Of a stretch of 64,000 nucleotides of DNA, positions 11,257 to 23,936 are shown one piece after another (position 1 is the stretch's first letter; every line of letters starts with the position of its first letter). The stretch is from Anolis carolinensis. Taxonomy: Eukaryota. The notes below the pieces were generated by a model that made no database searches, was not told where the DNA came from, and worked only from the letters and a program-made list of their open reading frames with translations. A program made the translations under genes and the position numbers. The stretch is from contig NW_026943820.1 in assembly GCF_035594765.1 (NCBI RefSeq), positions 30,078,647 through 30,142,646 of the forward strand, in the 5' to 3' direction.

Positions 11257-11765
11257 AGTGAGACTCTACTGTAATAATAACATAACCTCTGAAGATGCCA
11301 TGAGCCACAGGTGCAGGTGAAACACCAGGAGAGAATGCTGCTGGAACATGGCCCGACAGGCTGAAACTCACAGCAAACTAGTATTCTAAAAATGCCCAGC
11401 TCAAAACCATTCAAACGTGTTCAAAGTGGTACCAAAGGTGCCTTTCTCTTAATAGTGTGGAAGCATCCTTGTCTTTTTCTCTTGGCCTGAATGAAGGCGG
11501 GAGAGGGTTAAGGTGGGCAGGGAAGGCCAAGAAAGGCGAGGCCAGGGGACTGGCCTGGCCGCTGCTTTCTTCTTCTCCGTCCTTCCTCCCATTCCTCCTC
11601 CTCCTCCTCCTCCCTTCCATCCCCTGGCACTTGTGGGGAGGCAGGCACCGTGGAGGCTCCCTAGGCATCTCCTCTCCCTCCTCCCGGGGGTCCCTGGGCG
11701 TCCAAGCACAGAGGGTCTCCTCACCTAAGGTCCCGCCTTGGGGGACCCCAGCGGCCAGAGCCAGG

Positions 11766-11891
11766 ATGGACTTCCAGACCAAGGTCAGCACCAGGAGCAG
11801 CACCCCTGCCCCGGCTGCCTCCCCCGGGACCTCCGCCTTCGACCTCCAGTTCCTGCGGTCCATCTTTGGGGCCCTCATGGTGGTGGAAATC
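11766..11891 (+). CDS. PLLP: Plasmolipin exon 1 (MDFQTKVSTRSS...ALMVVEI); full CDS 180 aa over 4 exons
   Basis: AGG-ATG-G start; 126 nt; donor ATC|GTGAGT; resembles the plasmolipin N-terminus (KVSTR, DLxFxRS, GALM). Confidence 0.93.
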
Positions 11892-12112
11892 GTGAGTAAC
11901 TCCTTGGTCAACAGGGAGAGTAGGACTTACAGAACTTTCCAACTCAAGGAAAAGGTCAATGGGAACCCAAAGGGGGAGAAGGCGGGGAGACTTGACCCAA
12001 GGGCTGCACTGGCCTCAATTGCAGGATGGATTCATGAAAGGTGGAGGAGAGCTCCTTGGAGGAGGGCAACAGGGGCTTCATTCCCACACTAACTGTATCC
12101 AATAATCATAAT

Positions 12113-12200
12113 AAGTCCTAGGCACTTGGGAAATGTCCGATGTGTACAAGAGCCAGCATAGTGATCTTGTTTGCTGTGTACTCATCTTGTTGTGTATATA

Positions 12201-12238
<38 letters not shown>

Positions 12239-12338
12239 AATAGTAAGTCCTAGAAACTTGGGAAGTGTCCAACGTTTGATCCAACACAATAGCCAGCATA
12301 GTGATCTGGTTTGCTGTGTACTCAACTTGTTGTATATC

Positions 12339-12371
<33 letters not shown>

Positions 12372-12465
12372 GTCCTAGAAACTTGGGAAGTGTCTGACAT
12401 CTGATCCAGTACAACAGCCAGCATTGTGATCTTGTTTGCTGTGTACTCATCTTGTTATGTATCGA
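12113..12465 (+). mobile_element. Three tandem R4/Dong-like 3' UTR ends separated by (TGA)n and (TAA)n
   Basis: GTCCTAG...ACTTGGGAA...GTTTGCTGTGTACTCA occurs three times between microsatellites. Confidence 0.55.
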
Positions 12466-12555
12466 ATAATAATAGTAACAATAAACAACTTTATTTATAC
12501 CCCGCCCCATCTTTCCAAGGAACTCGGGTAGAGGCTCACAACATGAATAAGATAA

Positions 12556-12790
12556 AGGTTTTTCCCTGACCTTAATTCCAGTCCCGTCCAACTCTGGGGG
12601 TTGGGGCTCATCTCCATTTCTAAGCCGAAGAGCCGGCGTTGTCCATAGACACCTCCAAGGCCATGTGGCCACTGGCACGGCTGCATGGAGCGCCATTACC
12701 TTCCCACCGGAGCCGTACCTATTGATCTACTCACATTGGCATGTTTTCAAAGTGCTAGGTTGGCAGAAGGTGGGGCCAACAGCTTCTGCC
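12556..12790 (-). mobile_element. Sauria SINE
   Basis: ACCTTT-type tail (AAAGGT on +) and the characteristic GACACCTCCAAGG...CTGCATGGAGCGCC body. Confidence 0.75.
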
Positions 12791-12876
12791 ATCCATGCCC
12801 AGCCTTGGGGAGCCGTGGCAATTCAAGTGGGGCCAAGCCTGCGTTGATTCCACAGTGGACAATATTATTATTGTGA

Positions 12877-12907
<31 letters not shown>

Positions 12908-13599
12908 TACAGTATTATTATTTATACCCCACTGATTCATCCTTGGAAGGCCAAGAGGCTCATCATCCCTGTTTAAGGGCTGAATGGGATTCGTAATTTG
13001 GGGAGGTCCGTCTCCGCTGTGAAATAATCCCGTCTTGAGCCTGGAGTAAGTCATTTAGAGCTAAGCCTTGCAAGCTTTGTGCAACCACGGCTTTCTAGAC
13101 TGAATCCACCCTCCTAATTAAACTGAACCCACCTAATTAGTGACAAGTAATTAAGAGCAAAGTCTTGCAACCTTTAAGCAACCCCGGCCTCCTTGATTTA
13201 TCATTCCTACCTAATTAAATTAATCCATCCGCCTCGTCAACTCTAGAGCTGATCTAGAGATTCCTAAAGAGATCTGGCGAAAAACAGCACGTGCATGTGC
13301 GATGTCCACACCGTTGTGGGAGTGCAGTGCCGTGTACTAAATTCCTCCCATTACGACCTGAATCCGCTTCCCACACACCTGTCCTGGCTCACCTGAGGTC
13401 AATACCTGGGACAGTCTGGTGCTGCCAAACCTTTTGCTCTGGCGGATCATCATGATTGGCTTCTGTTCATAAGAGGGACAAAAGGAACAAAAGGCGCAGG
13501 TGTGGGCACATCAGGGCGAGCATGGGCCTCCGCGCACTCATTGAAAGCATTACTGGCTGATTCCTCTTGGCTTTGAGCAGCGGCTCATGGTTCCCATAG

Positions 13600-14150
13600 C
13601 AGTGCGGCATTGAATCCGTTCTGGGTTTCAATCCAAACTTTAATGGCACTATCAATTCTAATTGCAGAGCAGTGATGAATCCGTTTTGGGTTTTAATCCA
13701 AACTTTAGTTGCACTATCCAGTTTAATTGCACTGTGGCAATGAATCCGTTCCTGCTTTTAATCTGAACTTTAATAGCACTATCCAGCTCAATTGCATTGT
13801 GGCAATAAATCTGTTCCAGGTTTTAATCCGAACTTTAATTGAATCCAGCCTAATTGCAATATGGCAATGAATCCATTCCTGGTTTTAATCTGAACTTTAG
13901 TTGCACTATCCATTTGAATTGCACTGTGGTAATAAATCTGTTCCAGGCTTTAATCCGAACTTTAATTTAATCAGTCTAATTGCAACATGGCAATGAATCC
14001 ATTCCGGGTTTCAGTCCGAACTTGAATGGCCCTATCCATCCTAATTGCAGCGCAGCAATGAATCCGTTTTGGGTCTTAATCCAAACTTTAATGGCGCTAT
14101 GTGGCCTAATTGCAGTACCGCAATGAAACCGTTCTGGGTTTTAATCCGCT
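13600..14150. repeat. Minisatellite, about 9 units of 61-65 bp
   Basis: Unit approx. GAATCCGTTCTGGGTTTTAATCCAAACTTTAATGGCACTATCCAGTTTAATTGCACTGTGGCAAT; starts at about 13612, 13677, 13742, 13807, 13869, 13934, 13995, 14060 and 14125. Confidence 0.9.
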
Positions 14151-17097
14151 TGAGCTCTCCATCCAGATGTGGAAGGTGAGAAGCAGGATACATTCACCTT
14201 GCGAATGTGCACCTTGGATGAATGGAAGAGATTCACTCCATAACAACTGGAATCCCCCAGACCTCACAACTTGGATTGGATCATGGGAAGCGTCTACATT
14301 GTGGAATTAATCCTGTTTGACGCCACGGCCATGGCTCGATTCAGTGGAGTGATGGGACTTCTAGTCTTACAAGAGCTTGCAAGATGGCCAGTGCTTCACC
14401 GAGCGACAGTTCCACAGCATGGAGCAGGTCAAGTGGTATTAGACTGCCTTCATTCCGCATCCCGTTGAGCCTTGTGTCCAGCCATCCTGATGCGGCCTCA
14501 TTCCTTGCAGATGGGTGCTGAGGCCGGGGCTCAATGGCGCTTTTGTCCTGGGCGCACCGTGCATGGCTCCGCTTGATGCCTCGGCCCATTATTGGAAGAC
14601 CGGAGCGGACTTTTCCTTTGTTACTTTCTTGTTTTGCAAACTCAGTAGGAAACTGGGTTGCTGTAAGTTTTTTGGGCTATACAGCCATGTTCCAGCAGCA
14701 TTCTCTCCTGACGTTTTGCCTGCATCTCTGGCTAATGACATCTTCAGAGGCCTGATGGAAATGGGGCAAGTGGAGTGTATCTATACTTGTGGAATAATGT
14801 CCAGGGTGGGACACAGAGGCAATTTAACATTTTCCAGCTTCCGGCTTCATGAGGGCATGCTCAATTCTGGCCACAGGGGGAGCTGCCGCTTCACCGTCCA
14901 CTTGTGACACCAAGTCCTTGATGGAGTACTTCCTCATTCCTTTATGCGCACTGCTGGCATTTTTATGGTGTCATAAATTAAGTTAAGTTAGCCTCCCTAC
15001 ATAAAGCAGTACCTTTTATAATGCGTTTTATGAATGTCCGATGTAAGTTAATAATTTTTTAATTGATTTATAGTGTATTGTACAATTTTTATATATGTGT
15101 TTTATTGTAAGCCGCCCTGAGTCCCCTGTTGGGTGAGAAGAACGGGATATAAATATTGTAACAAATAAATAAATAAACAGAATGTTCTACTCAACAGATG
15201 CAACTGTTTTTCGAGCTGCTTAGGAGGGCAGCGAGTTAGGCTATTGACAGTCGGGAGCTCAATCTGACCCGGCTTCGATCCCATGACCTCTCGGTCAGTA
15301 GTGATTTATTGCAGCTAGATACTAACCAGCTGCGCCACAGCCTGGCCCACTGCGAATGGCCAAGCTTGATTAGCATTGCGTAGCCATGAAGCTGCAAAGT
15401 CAATCAGTGAGGGTATCTGCATAGAAGTAGCCTGGCTTCTATTGCCTGGAGGCATCCTCTGCTTGGGAGATGTTCACTGGCACATGTGGACAATATCAAC
15501 AGAAAGGAGGCAACCATGAACATGAACAAAGTAGGAAATGCTGCTAGGCCTGATCTTCTGGAGGATGAGGTTAGACAAACAGTAAGGAGAAGCCGTGCTA
15601 TTTGTGACATCCTGTCCTGATGACATTCCTGTGGATCCGTCCGGAGTGGAATGACTCCCCGACAAGGTGGACGTTGACTTCCTGTTGTGTCCTGTCTTGC
15701 GCCTTGATGGGATTTCTGACGTAAGCGTCAACGGGGTGTTTTTGGCAAGAGGAGTCCCGAAGACGTCTCTGCCTTTGCCTTCTCCTGAGGCTGAGAGAGT
15801 GTGCCTTGACCCGGGTCCCCCGGTGGGTCTCCGTGGCCGAGAAAGGAGTTGAACCCTGGTCTCCGATGCTCAAAGCACCGGGCCGAATCTCAGACTTTCC
15901 TCCTGCCCTTTGCAAACATTGGGTTTCCAGGTGTTTTCTCATCCAGGCGTTGCCTAGGCGCAGAATTAAACACATTGGCTGTTAGGGACGGTGGGAGTTG
16001 AAGCCCAAGTCCGCCCGTGCCTAGGTGAGGGCCACCCGATGTCCCTTGGTGGCCACTCGGCCGGGCTTTTTTGTCCGGCCTCCGGTGCAGCCTCGCGGCC
16101 TGGCTGGTGGCGCTGGGAGTGGGAGCCGGGCCTGCGTGGGGCGGGCAGGCATGTGGGGCACGCCAGCCACGAGAAGGATTTAGGGAGGGACGTAAACAGG
16201 GACAGAGAGGGCTTTGTGGGGCAGCGAGGGAGGGAGGGAGGGAGGGAGGGAGGGAGGGAGGGACACTCCACCTTCTCTCAGGCCAAGGTCTCGCAGGACC
16301 AAGAGCGGACTGGACGGTGGGTCTTGCACGGTCAACTCCTGTCAGGAGTCTGCACATCCCGTGCAGAGACGCAGACATGACTTTTTCCTCCCCCAAATGA
16401 ATGATGATGATGATGATGATGATGTATGCTTGAAATCATGCCTAGAAGCAGGTGTCAAGTCTTGCAAGGCTCTCCCTCCATTCTTCACCCTGCGCCTGGG
16501 GCCATGGCCGGCATCATCCCCAAAGAAGACACCACGCTCATTGTCCCCTGTTGTTGTGTCCAGATGCAGATTGGCTCAGCCGGACTCCTCGGACGGTCCT
16601 GATTTATTACTCATGGAGGGCGATGGCCCTGCCAGTGGGAACCAGGGAGGGGGGGGCCTCAAAACAGGAAAACGGTTTAGACCCTGTTCTCCTGGTTCAT
16701 AACACAATGTCACTGAATTTGAAAAAAAAACATCTGTTCCTGGTTTGAAAGTGTTGTTTTCTGTTTAATTGTCTGGTCCTTACTTAGAAAGCAGTTGTTT
16801 AAATAAGCAGTTGATTATTATTATATTTATTATTACATTGATTTATTGAACTCTTCCTTTTGTAGCAATGTTCCCAATTGCAATTGCTGTTGCCCACTTT
16901 TGGTCTAAAACTAAAACTATTTAGCTGTTTGTGATTCCTTTATTTTGTCACTTTTAAACTTATTTATTATGCAATTCTTTTGACACTAAATGAATAAATC
17001 CCATTTGCTTCTTGCAATCGGCAAGACGACCTTTCCTATTGCTTTTGATGGTGGGTTGTGTTGGTTTGCAGGATACTGACCTCTCCTTCCTTCCCTG

Positions 17098-17144
<47 letters not shown>

Positions 17145-17771
17145 CACTCTCCCTTTTGTAGTAGGGCTCCCATTCGCTTCTTGCAATTGGCAAGGAGACC
17201 TTCCCTTGGCCCTTTCTGTTGTCTCGCAAGGCATGGACCTCTCTTTCCTTCCTAGCTTTCAAGCTCTGCACCACACATTGCAAAGCAAATGTTTCTTCGA
17301 CAATGCATTGCAAAGTAAATCAATGTTGGGAGCTGGAAGCCGCAAAGAAGAAAGCCATTGTTCGGCCTGAAGCTGGAAAGGCGGAGCTGGAGCGAGAAGG
17401 CAACGTCTTCGGGGCCGCACAGCCTGCCTTTCATGGCCGGGAGCAATGAGGACCTTTGTAGGATCACCGGTGATAAATCATAATGCTTTTATAGCTTCCT
17501 CCCCTTTTTCAGACACTGGCCTTGGAGTGGCTCTGGATCCTCAGGCCACAAGCTTCCATGGTTGAACTACTTTCTCATCTGCAATGCTCAGATTTCATTA
17601 GTATCACATACCTAGTTTGGGTCCTCGCCTTTGTAGCCTTTTCTTCTCTGACAAAACCAGCATTGGTGGAAACCTGTGAGAACCTAGATAGGGTTGGCCT
17701 TGGGTGGTGTCCATGGGCCTGTTTCCAGCAGACTTCTCCTCCTCCTCCTCCTCCTTCCTGTCTCCACGCAG

Positions 17772-17945
17772 GTGCTGGGCTGCCTGGTGTGGGCCTTGAT
17801 CGCGGACACCTACTACCAGCCCTACCCTTCCTACGGCTGGGTGATGTTCGTGGCCATCTTCTTCTGGCTGGTGACCGTCATCATCTTCGGCATGTATCTC
17901 CTGAAGCTCCAGGCCAAGCTCTACATGATCCCCTGGCCACTCGTG
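17772..17945 (+). CDS. PLLP: Plasmolipin exon 2
   Basis: CAG|GTG acceptor; 174 nt VLGCLVWALIADT...YGWVMFVA...LYMIPWPLV (MARVEL domain); donor GTGAGT. Confidence 0.97.
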
Positions 17946-19341
17946 GTGAGTACGTACGCACCATTCGGGAATTGTGACCTTTGGAAGGCTGAGGCTTTTG
18001 GGCAGAGCCTCCCAAACATCACCGTGTTACCTGCAGTACTGTGTAAGTGTGCCGTGGATATAAATAAATAAATAAACAAACAAACAAACAAACAATAATA
18101 TTATCATTGTAATTGCAATTTATTTATGTGTCCTTATCTATGTTTATGGTTATTATTATTAATTTGTTTATTTATTGAGTGATTATATTCCTTCTGTTTA
18201 TGTGATTGTTTTAGTCAATTGTTATGTTTTGTTTTTAATTCTTATAGCGTTTTATAGTGTTTTCGGTGTTTTATTGTACAATGTTTTATGCTGATTTTAT
18301 ATTGGAGTCCCTTTCGGGAGAGAGGGCGGTATACAAATAAACTTTTACTTACTTACTTATTCCCTGCCTTTCTCTCCAGCAAAGAGACATTGCAAGCCTT
18401 TCAGTACAATTATAACAATATATAAACATTATAATTACACCAATATATAAACATATAAATATATAAACATTAAAACAGAATTGTTAGAGTCGTTGGTATT
18501 AAAAATCCAATTAATTAAAAATAATTCAATTCTAAGGAGTTGGGTTTCACCTGGGATGTGCTAGCAAAAGGGTGCATGTCCACAAAGTGTGTCACCAACG
18601 CGACATGTTTGCAAAGCTCTGCTTAAGCTTGTCGCGGAGTCTCCGTTTTGGAATCCACAAAGTTTTGAAAAGCAGTTCTCCCTGTTTATACGTCCCAGTC
18701 CCTTCCTCGCAGCCTCGAAGGAGCACAACGACACCTCCTCCCCTGCGCTGTGCCCGTTCTGCAGGAAGACATGCACACGAAGCACTGCGCTCATTGTTGG
18801 GCTTCTACCAGCAGCAGAACTAGAACATTTGTGAGCCAAATAAGCCTCATGTTTTGTGCCCAAAGTCCAAAACAGACCAGGGAGTGCCTGTGCTTGGTGC
18901 AAAGCTCCCTGCCTGGGCGGTGATGGCATGATCGTCCGTGGAGATGGAACTCTCCGTCCCTTCTGGCAGTGGCTGCTCATTTGTGTAGAAGTTGAACACG
19001 GATGGAGCAAGCACACGTCACCAATGACCGTTCTTCTGCCTTTGCCGCCTGCTTCCCAGGCCCTGGAACTCAACCAAAAAGCTCCTGTTTTGTAGCAGAT
19101 TTCCTATGAAGCGGGTGATGTGACACATCTGCCATTAAAACCAAACACAAATCCAGCCAGATTTAAAATACATTAAATTATGAAAAGTCCATTTCTGAGA
19201 GACGATAACTATGCAGTTCAGGTGAGCCAGACGCACAGGTGGCGGGGAAGGTGTTGCGTGAACATGGGTTTCCCATCAGGGCCAGGGGCTCCTTTTCGGC
19301 GTTCTCACTTGTGACCCTTTTTTCTCCTCTTTCTCCTCCAG

Positions 19342-19464
19342 CTTGTCGTCTTCAACGTCTCGGCGGCCGTCCTGTACGCCACGGCCTTCTTCACGAGCGC
19401 GGCCTCCGTGGAGCCCTTCTCCTGGCCGCACTCGCCCGACTACAACAGAAGAGCCTCGGCATCG
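19342..19464 (+). CDS. PLLP: Plasmolipin exon 3
   Basis: Pyrimidine tract plus CAG; 123 nt LVVFNVSAAVLYATAF...YNRRASAS; donor GTAGGC. Confidence 0.95.
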
Positions 19465-20118
19465 GTAGGCAAAGGCGTCTAAAATCAGTGGGTGACACAA
19501 ATGTTCCGAAGCTTTGTGGGTTTGCAGTTGTGAATGCACGTTTCTTGGCTTCTCGCACACTCACTCCTAATGAGGATATTGCCTAGCTTGGCGCTTGCGG
19601 GGTGACGGGAGGCAGGCAGGCCGCGAATGTGGGAGGTAGATAAACAAGAATGCGCCACTTTCTTCCTTGATTCGAGCATGGTTTGCGGTCCAGCGTGTTC
19701 CTCGCACTCGCCCCCATCCCCGCCACCTGCTCTGTAATGAAAGTCAATGGGGATTGCTCTCTAAAGCATTGCGGTGCCAGCCATGAGGTCATGCTCAGCA
19801 AACCGGGAGAGCAGCTGGGGCTGCATCATGCTCTGGATCCTCCTCGCCTTTCTCTCGCGCCCAATTCCCATCTCTCTAAGCCAGTGTCAAACACCAAAGT
19901 TATGTGAGCCATGCAGTGACCGTCTCCTGAGGGTCTGCCTCAAGTTTGAGTGGATAGTGTGGACCACATGCAGCCCCACAATCGCCTTTTCAGGTTTTTG
20001 GGGGCCTCCCAGTTGGGGAAGTCTTGCCCAGATCCCGCTTCATCGTCCACTTGTGACACCGAATCCTTGATGGCAACACTTTCTCATTCCTTTCCACACG
20101 CTGCTGGACATTTTTACG

Positions 20119-20650
20119 GTGTCGTAAATTAGTTAAATTAGCCTCCCTGCATAAAGCAGTACCTAAATTTCCTACTTGACAAATGCAACTGTTTTTCTTT
20201 TTTTTTGGGCTCATTATTTTTTTTATTTTGTAAAGAAACATAACTTCGAAACATGTCGTAAATTAGTTAAATTAGCCTTCCTGCATAAAGCGGTACCTAA
20301 ATTTCCTACTCGACAGATGCAACTGTTTTTCTTTTTTTGGCTCATTATTTTTTTGTGTGTGTAAAGAAACATAATTTCGAAACATAATGTCGTAAATTAG
20401 TTAAATTAGCCTCCCTGCATAAAGCGGTACCTAAATTTCCTACTTGACAGATGCAACTGTTTTTCTTTTTTGGGGGGGGGCTCATTATTTTTTTATTTTG
20501 TAAAGAAACATAACTTCGAAACATGTCGTAAATTAGTTAAATTAGCCTTCCTGCATAAAGCGGTACCTAAATTTCCTACTTGACAGATGCAACTGTTTTT
20601 CTTTTTTGGGGGGCTCATTATTTTTTTATTTTGTAAAGAAACATAATACA
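20119..20650. repeat. Four tandem ~135-bp units, each made of a SINE-internal segment plus extra sequence
   Basis: GTCGTAAATTAGTTAAATTAGCC...GTAAAGAAACATAA repeated at about 20120, 20255, 20388 and 20525. Confidence 0.9.
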
Positions 20651-21006
20651 TCGAAAGTGGTGGAACAATATATTGATAGGAAAGTGAGGGGGGGGGTGAA
20701 AGGGTTCTGAAAATAGGTGAAGAGAGAAAACCAGAGAGAGAGAAAAAGAAAGAAAAAAAATATATTGGTTGACTTCCCATCTTGACCTCGGAGTTTTCTC
20801 TTTCATTGACTTTTTTTGAGCTGCTTAGGTCAACAGCGAGCTGGGCTATTATCAATGGTTGGGATCTCAATCCGGCCCAGGCTTCGAACACATGATTTAT
20901 TACTCAGTACTGATTTATTGCATCTGTTCCACAGCATTAGACTCGTGATAATAGGAATATTTCCTGGCTTACTCATGGCCCTTCCTTCTTCTCCTTCTCC
21001 CCGCAG

Positions 21007-21126
21007 TTCTTTGCCAGCCTGGTGATGATCAGCTACGCCGTGAGCGCCTGCCTCAGCATCCGCGCATGGAAAGGATACGGGAGCGGCGCGGCTGGCGGCC
21101 AAACGCCGGTGCCCAATCACGCCTGA
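21007..21126 (+). CDS. PLLP: Plasmolipin exon 4 (last coding)
   Basis: CAG acceptor; FFASLVMISYAVSACLSIRAWKG...NHA* with TGA at 21124-21126. Confidence 0.96.
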   Translation, partial: FFASLVMISYAVSACLSIRAWKGYGSGAAGGQTPVPNHA

Positions 21127-21790
21127 AAACTGTGGGTCCTTTTGCATCAACGTGGCTCAGTGGCATGTGGCCGTGGCCTTTGGGTGCTTTGCCCTTCCTC
21201 GCTCCTCCTCCTCCTCCGTCCCGGCTTTCGCCCTGCTGCGCACTACGCGTGCTGTTCTAACCACCCGATAGCCTGGGACGACCCAGGGTTGGTTTGCAAA
21301 AGCATCAGCCTGAAAAAACACAGCTCAAAATACCAGCGTCTTACTAAACACAGCGCTCTCCGATGGAGGAGGTTTCTTACGTTTCAAGAACTCACGCCAT
21401 GGATGGCAGTGATGGAAATGTATGCGCAAACCAAGTAGTGGCGACTGCTGTGTTTCAGGAATGGTTCCAAGGAATGACAATATCTTCCCATTGATGCGGG
21501 CGCATCATGCTTGCACCCGCATGGACATGTGCTCTGTGACGCTTGAAAGGTTCAGAAGGCCAAGCGTGGATGATGTGGCTGCCTCTCTCCAGGAACGCGC
21601 AAGCTTCGCACATCTCACCCCGAACTAAATCTGCTAAAAGCCCAGCAAACCCAGCAGCTCCCCTCTATGTAAGCCCCTTGCAACTCTTGTGTAAATAATG
21701 CACGGCGATGATTAACTCCGCAGCAGGGATGCTTCTGGTACAAGGACGGAGCAAGCGTTTTATTCTGTCTAAAAAATAAGTTTGGTTTTA

Positions 21791-21796
21791 AATAAA
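21791..21796 (+). terminator. Probable PLLP polyadenylation signal
   Basis: AATAAA about 665 nt after the stop, with GT/T-rich sequence downstream. Confidence 0.65.
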
Positions 21797-22409
21797 GGAA
21801 AATCTAAATCTCTCACCCTTGTCAAAGGCCTTTTCCGGGGTTTGTTTGGAGAGGGGGATTATATCATGTGAAGCACAAGGGGATCCCTGGGTGCCCGCAT
21901 CCTCAAAACATTTACGGTTTGGGAACTCTCATTGGGATGCAGGCACGATGGGTTGCTAAATACTGACAAGGTGTACCTAGCTGTGTATTATTTTACCCTC
22001 TTTGTATAGTCCTATTGTAGAAAGAAAGCTCCGCGTGAATCTTATTTCGGCACCATTTAGGCATCAGGTTATCGGGCGCAGAGATTCCTGATCTCTCCAT
22101 GTTTCTTTTGCCAAGTCTGGATAAATGACTAATGTGTTCTCCATATACTATCAGTCCCACGTTTTCCTTAACGATTTATACACGTCTCTAGTATTTTCCT
22201 TGGAAAAGCCCACCATGCATCCCAAGAAGCCTCAGAGTGGGTTCGGCGAGATTTCTCAAGATCACTTTCTGAAATAATTATGCCGTAATGGACAGGCCAA
22301 TCTATCACAAACCTAATTTCTCAATTCGCCTGCCATAGATGTGGGTGAAACGTCAGGAGAGAATGCTTCTGGAATATGTCCAGACAGGCTGGAAAACTCA
22401 CAGCAACCC

Positions 22410-22463
<54 letters not shown>

Positions 22464-22538
22464 GTGGGAAGTGTCTGGCGTGTGATCCAGTACAACAGCC
22501 AGCAGAGTGTCTGCTGTGGACTCATCTTCTGGTGTTTC

Positions 22539-22603
<65 letters not shown>

Positions 22604-23009
22604 TGATCCAACAGCCAGCAGTGGCTGCTGTGCACTCATCTTGTTGTGTTTCTAATAATAATAATAATAATAATAATAATAGTAAATTAGGTTGCCTCTT
22701 ACAATCAGTGGCATCTTACAATGGAAGAAATATGGTAATAATAATTTTGCAATTAAACAGGAATTTCAGGCAAAAGGGACACCTGGTTACGCACGTCAGC
22801 CTTTATTCATCATCTGCAGGTAAAAAAGTAATAATGAAGGGCCAAGATTGGATTTCGAACGACACCAAAACAAATACTGTTGCTAAATAATTTCCGCCGT
22901 GTCTCAAAACACACAACCGCCCTTGCCAACGTCAACACCGACAAGTCTTTCATTTATAGGCATAAGGAGTCTTGAATGAACGACGGCCACAAAGTGTAAG
23001 AAAAACAAT

Positions 23010-23213
23010 GGGTTTGTTTTCCGGGCTGTATGACTATGTTCCGGAAGCAGCACTCTCTCCTGACGTTTCGCCCACCTCTACGGCAGGCATCCTCAGCCTC
23101 AGGCTTAAGCGGCTGAGGGGGGGAAAAGGAAAGGGACTGAGGCTGAGGATGCCTGCCGTAGAGGTGGGCGAAACATCAGGAGAGAGTGCTTCTAGAGCCC
23201 GAAAAACACAACT
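23010..23213. mobile_element. Palindromic Penelope-derived element with hammerhead cores on both strands (copy 1)
   Basis: Arms 23049-23101 and 23138-23190 are reverse complements with 1 mismatch; CTGAGGA...GAAAC on both strands. Confidence 0.8.
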
Positions 23214-23936
23214 CTGAAAGAACAACACCCAAACAACAGCGAACATCAAACTCCCAATTTTAAAGAACGCTTGACAACATTTATTCCAAACCAAGGACTT
23301 CTAGATCGCTGCGTATCACTCATGACGGTAAAATGTTTGCAGCAAACATTGCAAACAACCAACAACAACAGCACCCGATTATCTTTGTTTAGAGAGATGT
23401 AACGTTTAAAAGCTCCACTAACAGAACGAATCACCTTGGCTTTTCTTTTATTGTGCGCTTTTGGGTATAGCCGAGTCTTAATAGGGGCAGGAAATGTATG
23501 ATTTAAACAAAAAAACTAAACTAAACCTTTGAAAATCTCAATATTGATGATGCTTAGATCCTGTGGGTTGAGCTGGGTTTCAATAGTACTTGTATGTGGT
23601 CTTCAGCCTAGATTTTAAATTTGTAAACAATTCGATTTTATAATGGTTTTTAAAATTATTTTTGAAGTTTGAAGTATAGAACCCCTCGGTTCCTTGGCTG
23701 TAATAAAAGTTTACTTACAATATTGATGAAACTTTGGAGCTCAGAAGCATTTTTAGGCCCCATTTATTTACACTGCGGCACAATGCAGTTTGAACTGCAT
23801 TATATTGGTCAGTGTAGACTCATATGATGCAGACTAAAAGGGATTTATGTGAGTCTACACTGCCATGTAAAATGCAGTTCATCTGCATTCTGGAACTTTA
23901 TTATAATGATCAGCACAGACTCATATAATGCAGACT

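Noticed and set aside
11457-11765. Upstream in-frame extension of PLLP in the 211-aa ORF
   Set aside because: Begins at a non-ATG codon in promoter/5' UTR sequence; homology starts at ATG 11766.
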